Assembly (NCBI GenBank): GCA_040379425.1
Contig: JBEILC010000001.1
Coordinates: 7,536 to 71,535, forward strand
DNA length: 64,000 nt
Source: Hyphomicrobiales bacterium
GTDB lineage: Bacteria > Pseudomonadota > Alphaproteobacteria > Rhizobiales > Aestuariivirgaceae
Direction of reading: 5' to 3'
Under the pieces are notes generated by a model. The model saw only the letters and a list, made by a program, of their open reading frames with translations. It was not told where the DNA came from and searched no databases. The position numbers and the translations under genes were made by a program. Every line of letters starts with the position of its first letter. Position 1 is the first letter of the stretch. Positions 10,246 to 19,298 of the stretch are shown in pieces.

Positions 10246-11165
10246 GTGTGATGTTCCAGCGCGTGGCCCTCATCGGCATCGGGCTCATCGGCTCATCGCT
10301 GGCCCATGCCATGCGCCGCAAGAAACTCGCAGGCGAGATCACGGGCTTTGCACGCAGCGCAGCAACCCGCGCCAAGGCCGCGGAGCTCGGTCTTGCCGAT
10401 CGCGTATTCCCGACCGCGCGGCAGGCCGCCGATGGCGCCGATCTCGTGATCCTGTGCTCCCCGGTCGGCACCTATGGCGGGCTGGCGGAAGAGATTGCGC
10501 CCGTGCTGAGGCCCGGCGCCATCCTCACGGATGCGGGCTCGGTCAAGGCGGCAGTGGTGCGGGATGTTGTGGGCCATGTGCCTTCGGGCGTGCATTTCAT
10601 TCCGGGCCATCCGATCGCCGGCACGGAGCAATCGGGGCCTGAGTCCGGCTTTGCCGAACTCTCCATCAACCGCTGGTGCATTCTCACACCGCTTCCGGAT
10701 GCGGATGCAGCAGCGGTGGAACGGCTGGCGGATTTCTGGCGGGCCTGCGGCTCCAACGTCGAGACCATGACGCCCGAGCACCATGACCTCGTGCTGGCGA
10801 TCACCAGCCATCTGCCGCATCTGATTGCCTATAACATCGTCTCGACCGCTGCGGATCTCGAAGAGGTGACGTCCTCCGAAGTTATCAAGTATTCGGCCGG
10901 CGGCTTCCGCGACTTCACCCGCATCGCCGCGTCAGATCCCACCATGTGGCGCGACGTGTTCCTGAACAACAGGGAGGCCGTGCTCGAAATGCTCGGCCGC
11001 TTCTCCGAAGACCTGTCCGCCTTGCAGCGGGCCATCCGCTGGGGTGATGGGGACACGCTGTTCAACATCTTCTCGCGCTCCCGCCAGATCCGCCGCGGCA
11101 TCATCGCTGCGGGCCAGGACACGGCCGCACCCGACTTTGGCCGTGGCGTTCCCAAGTCTCAGTAG
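10242..11165 (+). CDS. tyrC: Prephenate/arogenate (cyclohexadienyl) dehydrogenase
   Basis: [52 protein letters not shown] 10242 overlaps the hisC stop (ATGA). Confidence 0.93.
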   Translation: MSVMFQRVALIGIGLIGSSLAHAMRRKKLAGEITGFARSAATRAKAAELGLADRVFPTARQAADGADLVILCSPVGTYGGLAEEIAPVLRPGAILTDAGSVKAAVVRDVVGHVPSGVHFIPGHPIAGTEQSGPESGFAELSINRWCILTPLPDADAAAVERLADFWRACGSNVETMTPEHHDLVLAITSHLPHLIAYNIVSTAADLEEVTSSEVIKYSAGGFRDFTRIAASDPTMWRDVFLNNREAVLEMLGRFSEDLSALQRAIRWGDGDTLFNIFSRSRQIRRGIIAAGQDTAAPDFGRGVPKSQ

Positions 11166-12085
11166 AGCGGCTTGATCTCGCTGATCTTGAAGGGCCCGAG
11201 ATAGAGCGCGCCGTCCTTGGCGATGAGCGGGGCCTTTGCCTCATTGCCGAGCAGCCCCAGAATCGCGCGAAGCCCCGCCTTGTTTTCTGGCGTGATCTGA
11301 AGATGTGGCTCGAGAAGTGCGAGCAGGCCATCGAGGTCATTGGTCTCTGTGTCGAGCTTGCCCAAGGGCCGGTTCTGCGCATCAAGCTCCAGTGTCCCCG
11401 ATCCCCAGTAACGCACGGCATTCTGCTGGAGTGCCACGCGTTGGACCGTGAGCGTCATGCCGGAGAGTGTCCCCGTGAACTCGCCTTCGCCAATTGCGAT
11501 GAGAGGCGTGCCGGGCCGCTGGACCTTCACATTCCTTGCGGAGAGTGCGACATCCGTTCCCCCTTGCGGGGAGGGCCGGGTGTGCAACATCACCTTGTCC
11601 GCCGAGCCATGCTCGGGAATCGACACCGTCGGGATCTCTGCGGACAGCTTCGGCTTCCAGTCATCGTCGAAGGTGATGGCTGCGATGATCCTCTGGTGCT
11701 CCGCAGTCATTGGTGGAACGCGTTCTGCAGTGATGGTGCTGGGTCCGTCGAGCAGGGCAACGACCTGCCAGGGCGCATAGGCCAGTGCGGTGAGCAGAAC
11801 ACGCGATGATGCGATTTCCGCCTGGTTCTCCCGTTTCAGCACGGGTGAGACGCAGGTGAGCTCGAAATGAAACGGGTAGCCGCCCCAATCCTCCTCTGCG
11901 CAGGTGAGGGTGAGGCCCTGCGCGGCGAGACGGGTCCGCTCCTCGGCAAAGCGCGTCTGAGCGATGCCGGAGGCCACGAACCAGTAGATTGACCACAGCA
12001 GGGACAGCAGGAGCACCGCTGCCAGAGGCAGAAACATGCTCCACGAGCGGGTGGTGGAATTCGGCATTTGATCTCGGGCGGTCAT
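11159..12085 (-). CDS. DUF2125 domain protein
   Basis: N-terminal TM segment (WSIYWFVA), then C...GGYPFHFELTC and ALAYAPW; conserved position next to tyrC. Start could be 12067 or 12037. Confidence 0.75.
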   Translation of the reverse strand: MTARDQMPNSTTRSWSMFLPLAAVLLLSLLWSIYWFVASGIAQTRFAEERTRLAAQGLTLTCAEEDWGGYPFHFELTCVSPVLKRENQAEIASSRVLLTALAYAPWQVVALLDGPSTITAERVPPMTAEHQRIIAAITFDDDWKPKLSAEIPTVSIPEHGSADKVMLHTRPSPQGGTDVALSARNVKVQRPGTPLIAIGEGEFTGTLSGMTLTVQRVALQQNAVRYWGSGTLELDAQNRPLGKLDTETNDLDGLLALLEPHLQITPENKAGLRAILGLLGNEAKAPLIAKDGALYLGPFKISEIKPLY

Positions 12086-12107
12086 TCGCGTTAGTCAGGT
12101 CCGCAGA

Positions 12108-12650
12108 ATGGAGCAGTTCTGGATCTTTGGCTATGGTTCGCTCATGTGGCGGCCCGGCTTCGATTTCCTCCGCAGCGAACCGGCCCTGGTCCACGGCTGT
12201 CATCGCAGCCTCTGCGTCTATTCATATGTCCATCGCGGTACGCCGGAACAGCCAGGGCTCGTTCTGGGGCTCGACCGTGGCGGCTCATGCCATGGGATGG
12301 CGTTCCAGATCGCGCCGCAACAGTGGGACGCCACCATCGCCTATCTCCGTGCCCGCGAGCAGGTCACCTCGGTCTATGTGGAAAAACGCAAGACCGTTCG
12401 TCTGCTTTCAGCCGGAATCACCGCCGAAGCGACAACCTATGTCGTCGACAGGACACACGTTCAATATGCCGGCGTTCTGGGAGACGAGGACCTCGTGAAG
12501 CACGTCACGCGGGGGCGCGGCATCTCGGGCCATTGCATCGATTATGTGCTCAGCACTGTGGACCATCTGCGCGCCATGAAGATCCACGACCCGATGCTTG
12601 AACGCCTTGCAAACAGGCTTTCTCCTCAGGCGGCCAGCAATTCGAGTTGA
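12108..12650 (+). CDS. chaC: Gamma-glutamylcyclotransferase (ChaC family)
   Basis: WIFGYGSLMW, HRGTPEQPGLVLGLDRGGSC, YLRAREQ, GRGISG. Confidence 0.92.
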   Translation: MEQFWIFGYGSLMWRPGFDFLRSEPALVHGCHRSLCVYSYVHRGTPEQPGLVLGLDRGGSCHGMAFQIAPQQWDATIAYLRAREQVTSVYVEKRKTVRLLSAGITAEATTYVVDRTHVQYAGVLGDEDLVKHVTRGRGISGHCIDYVLSTVDHLRAMKIHDPMLERLANRLSPQAASNSS

Positions 12651-13036
12651 ACGGCCCTGAACGTGGGGCGTGGCTCGGGCCTTGCGGCCGGAACGGTGTT
12701 CATTGCAGCCTGGAGATCTCCGAGCACCTGCTCGGCGGCATTCTCTTCGCGTGCGAGGAGGTGGACGTGAATCTCCTCCTCGTCGGAGAACTCGGCCCCT
12801 GGAACGGCGTTTGCCGATGCCGTCTCGGACGGGAAGCGGCCAACACTCATCGCGCGGCGTATGCCGCCCCGCAGGCTGACGATCACGAAAACCGCGCCTG
12901 GAACCGGCGGGCAGAGTTCCCGCCGGTAGATCGAGTGGATGTAGCGGCGGCCAGAAGCGCCGCGCCAGTACCAGAAGCGTTCTCTGAGGCCTGAGTCATC
13001 GGGGAGAGTGGCAGAGAGGGGATCGCCTTGCATCAT
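12626..13036 (-). CDS. Hypothetical protein, 136 aa, probably SOS-regulated
   Basis: Coding-like sequence (WYWRGASGRRYIHSIY...CPPVPGAVFVIV...IHVHLLA) directly preceded by a sigma70 promoter and a LexA-type box. Overlaps the chaC 3' end by 25 nt. Confidence 0.75.
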   Translation of the reverse strand: MMQGDPLSATLPDDSGLRERFWYWRGASGRRYIHSIYRRELCPPVPGAVFVIVSLRGGIRRAMSVGRFPSETASANAVPGAEFSDEEEIHVHLLAREENAAEQVLGDLQAAMNTVPAARPEPRPTFRAVQLELLAA

Positions 13037-13038
13037 GA

Positions 13039-13053
13039 GAACAAATATAGAAC
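13039..13053 (-). promoter_or_regulatory. LexA (SOS) box, GTTC-N7-GTTC
   Basis: + strand GAAC-AAATATA-GAAC equals the alphaproteobacterial LexA consensus. It overlaps the -10 element and ends 2 nt before the ATG at 13036. Confidence 0.85.
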
Positions 13054-13071
13054 ATTTACTCCTCTTGTCAA
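13044..13071 (-). promoter_or_regulatory. sigma70-type promoter TTGACA-N16-TATATT
   Basis: - strand TTGACA (13071-13066), 16-nt spacer, TATATT (13049-13044). Predicted +1 falls at about the ATG at 13036. Confidence 0.7.
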
Positions 13072-13078
13072 GACGTTT

Positions 13079-15325
13079 TCACTCGCACTTCGAAAACCCG
13101 CAGGACAGGCAGGTGGCACAGCCCTCCTGGAAGATGAGGGAGCGCCCGCCACAACGAGGGCAGGCGAGCTGTCTCTCACCGTCCTTCTCGACGATCGAAA
13201 AGCGCCGTTCCTGCTCCTCACCGGAGGAGCCGGTATTACTCATGTGCCGTTCGATCACCGCGCCGATGGCGGCGAGCAGGCTCGGCACATACCGTCCGCC
13301 CATCCACTGGCCTCCGCGGGGATCGAACACCGCCTTGAGTTCCTCCACCACGAACGATACATCGCCCCCGCGCCGGAACACGGCGGAGATCATGCGCGTC
13401 AAGCCGACGGTCCATGCATAATGTTCCATGTTCTTCGAGTTGATGAAGATCTCGAAGGGGCGGCGGCGGCCATTCTCCACGATGTCGTTGATGGTGATGT
13501 AAATCGCATGATCCGTCTCTGGCCACTTGAGCTTGTAGGAAAACCCGCTCAGCACCTCTTCGCGCTGGCGCACCGGCTCAGGGTGTTCCTCGGGCGCCTT
13601 CGGCTTGTCCGGCCCGCTTGAAAGAACGGAGCCGGTGACCTTGTTCGGCCGGAATGTCGTGCAACCCTTGAGGCCCAGATCATAGGCCTCCTCATAGACC
13701 GTCTTGAAAGCCTCGAAGGGAAGATCTTCCGGAATATTCACTGTTTTCGATATCGAACTGTCGACGTGCTTCTGGACAGCCGCTTGCATGGCGAGATGGG
13801 CAGAAGGCGTCAGTTGTTCCATGGTCACCAGTGCCGGCGGGAGTTCCGTACCCTCACCCTTCATGCGCCACCACAGTGCTGCGGCGTAATCCGTCACAGT
13901 CTCGGTGCGCGTGGTTCCATCGCCCTGCAACACCTTGCGGCCATAGCGGATGCTGAAGACGGGTTCGATGCCGCTTGAAACATTGCCGGCCAGGAGAGAG
14001 ATTGTCCCCGTCGGTGCGATGGATGTTAAAAGTCCATTGCGTATCCCGTGCCGTCCGATCTCGTCGCGCAAAGCGGATGGGAGCCTTGAGGCATGTCCGG
14101 TCTTGCCGAATTGCCGGGTGTCAAACAGTGGAAACGGTCCCCGCTCCTGGGCGAGGCCAATGCTTGTCTTGTAGGCGGTGCGTTCGATAACAGCCATCCA
14201 ACGTTCAGCCGTGGCGGCGGCCTCTGGTGTTCCGTAGGTGAGCCCGCACATCACCAGCGCATCCGCGAGGCCAGTGATGCCAAGGCCGATGCGCCGCTTG
14301 GCGAAGGCCTCCTCACGCTGTTGCGGCAGTGGATAGTTCGAAACATCGATGACATTGTCCATGAACCGAACCGCCACCGCAGCGGTTTCAGCGAGTGCCC
14401 CTTCGTCGAGCCGCGCATGTCCGCCGAAGGGGTCAGCGATGAAGCGGGTCAGATTGACCGATCCCAGCAGGCAGGCACCGTAAGGCGGAAGCGGCTGTTC
14501 TCCACAGGGGTTGGTGCTGCCGATCGTCTCGCAATAGGCAAGATTGTTCTCGGCATTCACACGGTCGATGAAGATGACGCCGGGCTCCGCATAGTCATAG
14601 GTTGCCCGCATGATCTGGTCCCACAGCCGCCTGGCAGGAATTTCGCGGAATGTGCGGCCCTCGAACACAAGTGGCCAGCTCTGATCGGACTTCACGGCTT
14701 GCATGAAACTGTCAGTGACCAGGACGGAGAGATTGAAGTTCCGCAGACGCCCCGCCTGGCGCTTGGCGGAGATGAAGTCCTCGATGTCCGGATGGTCGCA
14801 GCGCAGGGTTGCCATCATCGCGCCCCGGCGCATGCCGGCGGACATGATGGTCTTGCACATGGCATCCCATACCTCCATGAAACTGATGGGTCCCGAGGCA
14901 TCCGCGCCCACCCCCTTCACTTCTGCGCCACGCGGACGGAGGGTGGAGAAATCATGCCCGATGCCGCCACCCTGCTGCATGGTCAGGGCAGCCTCCTTGA
15001 GCTGGGAAAAGATTCCCTCCAGCGAATCAGGTATCCGGCCCATGACGAAGCAGTTGAAAAGCGTGACCTGACGGCCCGTTCCCGCACCCGCCAGTATTCG
15101 TCCCGCGGGCAGGAAACGGTAATCCTGCAGTATGCCGAAAAACCTCTCCGTCCAATCCTGGCGATGTTCCGGCTTTTCCGCTGCCGCAATGGCAGTGGCG
15201 ACCCTTCGCCAGCTATCTTCGATCGAGCGCTCCAAACCAGCCTCCGAGGCAGGCTTGAACCTGTACTTCATGTCCCAGATACCGTGCGAAATGGCATCAA
15301 GGGCGTGGCGGACGGCATCATCCAT
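13079..15325 (-). CDS. nrdJ: Adenosylcobalamin-dependent (class II) ribonucleotide reductase, short form with TSCPD domain and Zn ribbon
   Basis: FLPAGRIL, TLFNCFV, GGGIG, RRGAMM, catalytic TNPCGE, CLLGS, SIAPTGTIS, VDSSISKTVN, C-terminal CPRC...CATCLSCGFSKC. No intein or ATP cone seen. Confidence 0.95.
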   Translation of the reverse strand: MDDAVRHALDAISHGIWDMKYRFKPASEAGLERSIEDSWRRVATAIAAAEKPEHRQDWTERFFGILQDYRFLPAGRILAGAGTGRQVTLFNCFVMGRIPDSLEGIFSQLKEAALTMQQGGGIGHDFSTLRPRGAEVKGVGADASGPISFMEVWDAMCKTIMSAGMRRGAMMATLRCDHPDIEDFISAKRQAGRLRNFNLSVLVTDSFMQAVKSDQSWPLVFEGRTFREIPARRLWDQIMRATYDYAEPGVIFIDRVNAENNLAYCETIGSTNPCGEQPLPPYGACLLGSVNLTRFIADPFGGHARLDEGALAETAAVAVRFMDNVIDVSNYPLPQQREEAFAKRRIGLGITGLADALVMCGLTYGTPEAAATAERWMAVIERTAYKTSIGLAQERGPFPLFDTRQFGKTGHASRLPSALRDEIGRHGIRNGLLTSIAPTGTISLLAGNVSSGIEPVFSIRYGRKVLQGDGTTRTETVTDYAAALWWRMKGEGTELPPALVTMEQLTPSAHLAMQAAVQKHVDSSISKTVNIPEDLPFEAFKTVYEEAYDLGLKGCTTFRPNKVTGSVLSSGPDKPKAPEEHPEPVRQREEVLSGFSYKLKWPETDHAIYITINDIVENGRRRPFEIFINSKNMEHYAWTVGLTRMISAVFRRGGDVSFVVEELKAVFDPRGGQWMGGRYVPSLLAAIGAVIERHMSNTGSSGEEQERRFSIVEKDGERQLACPRCGGRSLIFQEGCATCLSCGFSKCE

Positions 15326-15384
15326 CGCTGATCCTCCGAAACTGGCAGGATGTTACTGCGGCAATACCAGAGAGTCGAGTATTT

Positions 15385-15399
15385 GTTCTCTATTTGTAC
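15385..15399 (-). promoter_or_regulatory. LexA-type box upstream of nrdJ (GTTC-N7-GTAC)
   Basis: One mismatch to consensus, 60 nt upstream of the nrdJ start. Shares the identical 11-mer GAGAACAAATA with the 13039 site, and lies between a possible -35 (TTGGCG) and -10. Confidence 0.65.
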
Positions 15400-15423
15400 G
15401 CCAAGGCCCGGCCGGGATACAGC

Positions 15424-16146
15424 TTAGACCCGCTCGCGGCCTTCCCTCACGAGAGTCGCGGTTTCGGTTTCGATTGCATCTTCCAGGCGGGCCTGAAACG
15501 CCTTTCTCGGAAGACCAGGCGGGATCGGCGGCAGGAAGGAGATGATGATCGTGCCAGGCCGCCGCAAGAACCGGCGGCGGGGCCAGAACAGTCCCGAATT
15601 CAGCCCGAAGGGCACACAGGGAACCATCAGCTTGCCATAAACCGCTGCCGCACCTGGTTTGTAGTCGGGCGGATCATCCGGCGCCCGTCTCGTTCCCTCC
15701 GGCATGATCACGACCTGCCGGCCTTCCGACACGGCCTGCTCCGCCTTGGCGATGAGGCCACGCAAGGCCTGGGTTCCCGCCGAGCGCTCGACAGGTATCA
15801 TGCGGAACTTGTGGATGAACCATCCGAAAAACGGGATGAGCGTCAATTCCTTCTTCAGCACCATCGCCGGATCGTCGAGCAGAGGGAGAATGGCGAAGGT
15901 TTCCCAGAAGGATTGATGCTTTCCCGCAACGAGGCAGGGCCCCTGCGGAATGTTGTCCCGTCCGCGAACCTCGATCCTCGTTCCAGCAATCACCCGCAGC
16001 AGGAACAGAGAGGTTCTGGCCCAGGTCTGCAATGCCCTGATCGACCATTTCCGGGGCGTGAAATAGAATCCCGATCCAAGCACCAGGAAGAGGATGAGAT
16101 TCACGTAGAAGACAACGTTGAAGACGATGGAGCGGATATAGATCAC
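15424..16146 (-). CDS. plsC: 1-acyl-sn-glycerol-3-phosphate acyltransferase
   Basis: KHQSFWET (HxxxxD/E variant), VLKKEL, IPVER, IMPEGTR motifs; coupled to ftsX. Confidence 0.9.
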   Translation of the reverse strand: MIYIRSIVFNVVFYVNLILFLVLGSGFYFTPRKWSIRALQTWARTSLFLLRVIAGTRIEVRGRDNIPQGPCLVAGKHQSFWETFAILPLLDDPAMVLKKELTLIPFFGWFIHKFRMIPVERSAGTQALRGLIAKAEQAVSEGRQVVIMPEGTRRAPDDPPDYKPGAAAVYGKLMVPCVPFGLNSGLFWPRRRFLRRPGTIIISFLPPIPPGLPRKAFQARLEDAIETETATLVREGRERV

Positions 16147-17024
16147 GTGACCACTCCCAGCCGGCGCATCAGCGTGATCCTCGCCGTGATCAGGCAGATC
16201 AGTGTGGCCGCCACGGGCACCGTGAACAGAAAGGCGTAACTCCAGACCGCGACATCAGGCGCCGCGAACAGCAGGCTGTGGCTTGCCGCTGCAACGCCGC
16301 TGCCCCCCGACAAGCCAAGAAGCAGGAAGGACAGGAGCCCCATGGCAACACCGATGAAGCCCGACAGCATTCCAGTCCGCAGGAAGCGTCCGTCAATTTG
16401 CCGGGCGATGTAGCTGTCACGTGCACCGACGAGGTGCAGGAGATCGACGATCGGCCGGTTTGCCTGCAGCACGGCCCGGGTCGCGAAAATGACGATGGCC
16501 ACGGCGGAGACGGAGATCAGAAGGAGGATTGCATAGGACAGAACGGAGAGTGCCCGCGCCATGCGGGTCAATTCCGCTTCCCATTTGCGATGGGTGTCGA
16601 GACGTGCACCCTTCACCTGCGACAAGGCCTGTTCAAGCGCCTGGAGATCGGGGAAAGCCGCGGGATCCAGAACCACGCGGATGAGCCGTGGGACGGGAAG
16701 TCCCTCAAGCGTGCGGGTTCCCAGCCATGGCTCAAGGAGCTTCGCGCCAGCCTCCTCGGGTAGCACGGCCGCTTCACGGACGCCGGGGAAATCCTGTGCG
16801 ATGGCCCGCGCCGCTTCAACCGCCGCCGCCACGTCCTGGCCCCGCACATGAACAACCTGGATCGTCATCTCCTGAGACAATGCGCTTGTCCAGTTCGTGA
16901 CCGCACGCTCGACGAGGATCAGCGCGCCGATTGCCAGGCACGCCAGATAGCTCATCACCGCCATGGTCACGGTCAGCGAACGCAAGGATGCGGCGTTGGA
17001 GGGAATGATGGGCCCCGGCTTCAT
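16143..17024 (-). CDS. ftsX: Cell division ABC transporter permease
   Basis: TM-periplasmic-3TM layout with LLHLVGARDSYIARQ; coupled to ftsE. Confidence 0.9.
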   Translation of the reverse strand: MKPGPIIPSNAASLRSLTVTMAVMSYLACLAIGALILVERAVTNWTSALSQEMTIQVVHVRGQDVAAAVEAARAIAQDFPGVREAAVLPEEAGAKLLEPWLGTRTLEGLPVPRLIRVVLDPAAFPDLQALEQALSQVKGARLDTHRKWEAELTRMARALSVLSYAILLLISVSAVAIVIFATRAVLQANRPIVDLLHLVGARDSYIARQIDGRFLRTGMLSGFIGVAMGLLSFLLLGLSGGSGVAAASHSLLFAAPDVAVWSYAFLFTVPVAATLICLITARITLMRRLGVVT

Positions 17025-17677
17025 TGCAGGCTCAGTGCCCCCTCCTCAAGATGGAGAACGGGACGCTCCGCCTGTTTCACGAGTGCCCTGTCATGGGTGG
17101 CGATCAGCATGGTGGTGCCGAGGCGGTTGAGCTCCAGAAAAAGATGCAGGAGCCGTTTGGCCAGCGCGGGATCCACGTTGCCTGTCGGCTCGTCGGCCAG
17201 GAGGAGTTGCGGCTTGGCAATGACGGCGCGCGCGATCGCAGCGCGCTGCTTTTCGCCCCCGGAGAGTACGGGCGGGAGGCAGGATGCCTTTTCCGCCAGT
17301 CCCACCCATTCAAGAAGGTCCATGACGTCACGCCGATAAGTGGCCTCGGATTTGCCAGCAACGCGCAAGGGCAGGGCAACATTGTCGTAGGTCGATAAAT
17401 GGTCGAGCAGGCGAAACTCCTGGAACACCACCCCGATCCTCCGGCGGATGGGCGGCATCCGCTGATGACCGACAGTGCCGATGTCCTCGCCGAAGATGTG
17501 AAGGCTGCCGCGCGTTGGCCTCAGCGCCAGAAACAGAAGCTTCAGCAGCGAGGATTTCCCCGCCCCCGACGGCCCCATCAAAAAATAGAAATCTCCAGGC
17601 CACATGGAGAAACTGATGTCCTTTAGGATCTCCGGGCCGTTTCCATAACGCAGACCAACATTTTCAAGCCGCAGCAC
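17021..17677 (-). CDS. ftsE: Cell division ATP-binding protein
   Basis: GPSGAGKS, VVFQEFRLL, LSGGEKQRAAIARA, LLADEPTGNVD; GTG start with GGAGG RBS. Confidence 0.94.
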   Translation of the reverse strand: MLRLENVGLRYGNGPEILKDISFSMWPGDFYFLMGPSGAGKSSLLKLLFLALRPTRGSLHIFGEDIGTVGHQRMPPIRRRIGVVFQEFRLLDHLSTYDNVALPLRVAGKSEATYRRDVMDLLEWVGLAEKASCLPPVLSGGEKQRAAIARAVIAKPQLLLADEPTGNVDPALAKRLLHLFLELNRLGTTMLIATHDRALVKQAERPVLHLEEGALSLQ

Positions 17678-17719
17678 GGCAAAGCCCTCCTGTTCCGGAC
17701 CCTTTAAACCATCCGACCT

Positions 17720-17735
17720 TTAATGGGCCATTAAC
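17720..17735. promoter_or_regulatory. CtrA box TTAA-N7-TTAAC
   Basis: TTAA-TGGGCCA-TTAAC, a perfect match, between divergent ftsE and the ZitP-like gene. Confidence 0.75.
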
Positions 17736-17803
17736 CCTAAATGGTGTTAGACTGAAGCCGTAGCGCGTATTCTCCCCTCTTTCAGCACGGTACGCTGTCA
17801 AAC

Positions 17804-18490
17804 ATGATCCGTTGTCCCTCCTGCTCTTCGCAAGTCGAACTCCACGTTGCCGACGATGGCCTTGCACACTGTCCCGCTTGTGGCCACGGCTGGCTTGAGG
17901 CCAAAGCCGTTGAACCTCTGCGGCTAACCCCCCCGGTGAGTGATCGTCTTGATCCGCCTGAGGGTGAAATCCAGCAACTCGTTTCGGCCAGTCTCCTCGC
18001 GCAGGAAGCCTTCCAGTTTCGCCGCCGCCGCCGCCGCGCCACCATCGCAGCCTGGCTTGGGCTTGCCCTCGTGGCGGCCAGCCCCGCCGCCATTGCCCTG
18101 ACCCTGCCCGACAAGGTCGTCGCCGCTGCTCCCGCAACCATCGGCCTTTACAATTGGTTGGGCAAGGAGGTGAACATCTATGGCCTCGAGATCAGAAAGG
18201 TTGAGTTGCAGCACCTGATTGCTGGTGGCCAGAAGGTGATTGCAATCAAGGGAGAACTCCAGAATGTCTCCACCGGCGAGCGGAAGATCCCCTGGCTACG
18301 CTTCGGGCTGAGGTCCGGCACCGAGCAGGAACTCTATCAGTGGACACTCGACACTGGGCAGCGCTCGTTGAGACCGGGTGAAGCCAGGAACTTCGTCACC
18401 CGCGTCGCCTCTCCGCCGGAAGCTGCCGATACGGTCGAAATTCGGTTTGCCCGGCCAGATGAAATCGGCTCAAATACGGCTCATGAGTGA
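17804..18490 (+). CDS. MJ0042-type Zn-finger / TM / DUF3426 protein (ZitP-like)
   Basis: N-terminal CPSC...CPACGHGW, central TM segment after a basic RRRRRR run, C-terminal beta-rich domain (IKGELQN). Confidence 0.8.
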   Translation: MIRCPSCSSQVELHVADDGLAHCPACGHGWLEAKAVEPLRLTPPVSDRLDPPEGEIQQLVSASLLAQEAFQFRRRRRRATIAAWLGLALVAASPAAIALTLPDKVVAAAPATIGLYNWLGKEVNIYGLEIRKVELQHLIAGGQKVIAIKGELQNVSTGERKIPWLRFGLRSGTEQELYQWTLDTGQRSLRPGEARNFVTRVASPPEAADTVEIRFARPDEIGSNTAHE

Positions 18491-19046
18491 AATTCGAATT
18501 GATGGGCATCGTATCGGGGTCCTGTTCTCCGAAACTGAAATCGCCGCGCGTGTCCGCGCCATCGCGGAGTCGATTGCCGCACGCGATCCTTCCAATCTGC
18601 TTGTGGTGCCAATCCTGAAGGGCAGCTTCGTTTTCGCGGCCGATCTCATCCGCGCCATGCATCACGCGGGCCTTTCGCCAGAAGTCGATTTCATGATTCT
18701 GTCGAGCTATCGCAAGTCCACGAAGTCCTCCGGCCAGGTAAACGTGTTGCGCGATATTGAAACAGATGTGCGTGGCAGAGACGTCCTGCTGATTGACGAT
18801 ATTCTCGAATCGGGACGCACCCTTGCCTTCGCAAAGGATCTCCTGGCGGCGCGTGGAGCGAAGGGAACGTATACCGCCGTCCTCCTCCACAAGCCTGGCC
18901 ATTTGGCCGCGCATATCAGCGCTGATTTCGAGGGATTCACCTGCCCTGACAAGTTTGTCGTCGGCTACGGAATGGATATGGCGCATCAATTCCGCGAACT
19001 GCCCTTTGTGGGCCATGTCATCCCCGCCGACGCGCCATCAGCCTAG
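18483..19046 (+). CDS. hpt: Hypoxanthine phosphoribosyltransferase
   Basis: ILKGSFVFAADL, VLLIDDILESGRT, FVVGYGMD, RELP. Start at ATG 18483 inferred. Confidence 0.94.
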   Translation: MSEIRIDGHRIGVLFSETEIAARVRAIAESIAARDPSNLLVVPILKGSFVFAADLIRAMHHAGLSPEVDFMILSSYRKSTKSSGQVNVLRDIETDVRGRDVLLIDDILESGRTLAFAKDLLAARGAKGTYTAVLLHKPGHLAAHISADFEGFTCPDKFVVGYGMDMAHQFRELPFVGHVIPADAPSA

Positions 19047-19238
19047 TCCAAAGCCCGCGGCAAAACCCAAAGCCGCAACGATTGCACCGAGCAGGAACCC
19101 TGTCAGCACTGCAACAAAGGCGTTGGCGGCCTCGATCTCTCCGCGATCACTACGAAGCTGCAGGGCAGCCCTCACCGCGAAGCTTTCCAGTTCATCACGC
19201 GACATCATCCTGAGGGTATTGAGAGCGCTGTGTTCCAT
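19038..19238 (-). CDS. Small hypothetical protein with C-terminal membrane anchor (66 aa)
   Basis: AGGA/GGA RBS before the ATG; hydrophobic Gly-rich C-terminus FVAVLTGFLLGAIVAALGFAAGFGLG. Confidence 0.55.
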   Translation of the reverse strand: MEHSALNTLRMMSRDELESFAVRAALQLRSDRGEIEAANAFVAVLTGFLLGAIVAALGFAAGFGLG

Positions 19239-19298
19239 GGTCCGATCCTGTTCTTAAGAATCGACACAGCAACTTGCGTGCCAGTATCACCCAGCAAA

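Noticed and set aside
12086-12107. Only 22 nt between the divergent DUF2125 and chaC starts
   Set aside because: The DUF2125 start is probably downstream (12067 or 12037); there is no evidence of anything unusual.
13037-15390. Identical 11-bp inverted repeats (GAGAACAAATA) flanking nrdJ, suggesting a mobile or invertible cassette
   Set aside because: Both copies are parts of LexA-type boxes. There is no transposase, recombinase or target-site duplication, so shared operator sequence is the simpler explanation.
15326-15423. Cobalamin riboswitch or NrdR boxes upstream of nrdJ
   Set aside because: The spacer is under 100 nt, too short for a typical cobalamin riboswitch, and I could not match tandem NrdR palindromes by eye. 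An Rfam or PWM scan would settle it.
19252-19261. Perfect palindrome TTCTTAAGAA upstream of the 66-aa gene
   Set aside because: It is a single short palindrome with no second copy or candidate regulator.
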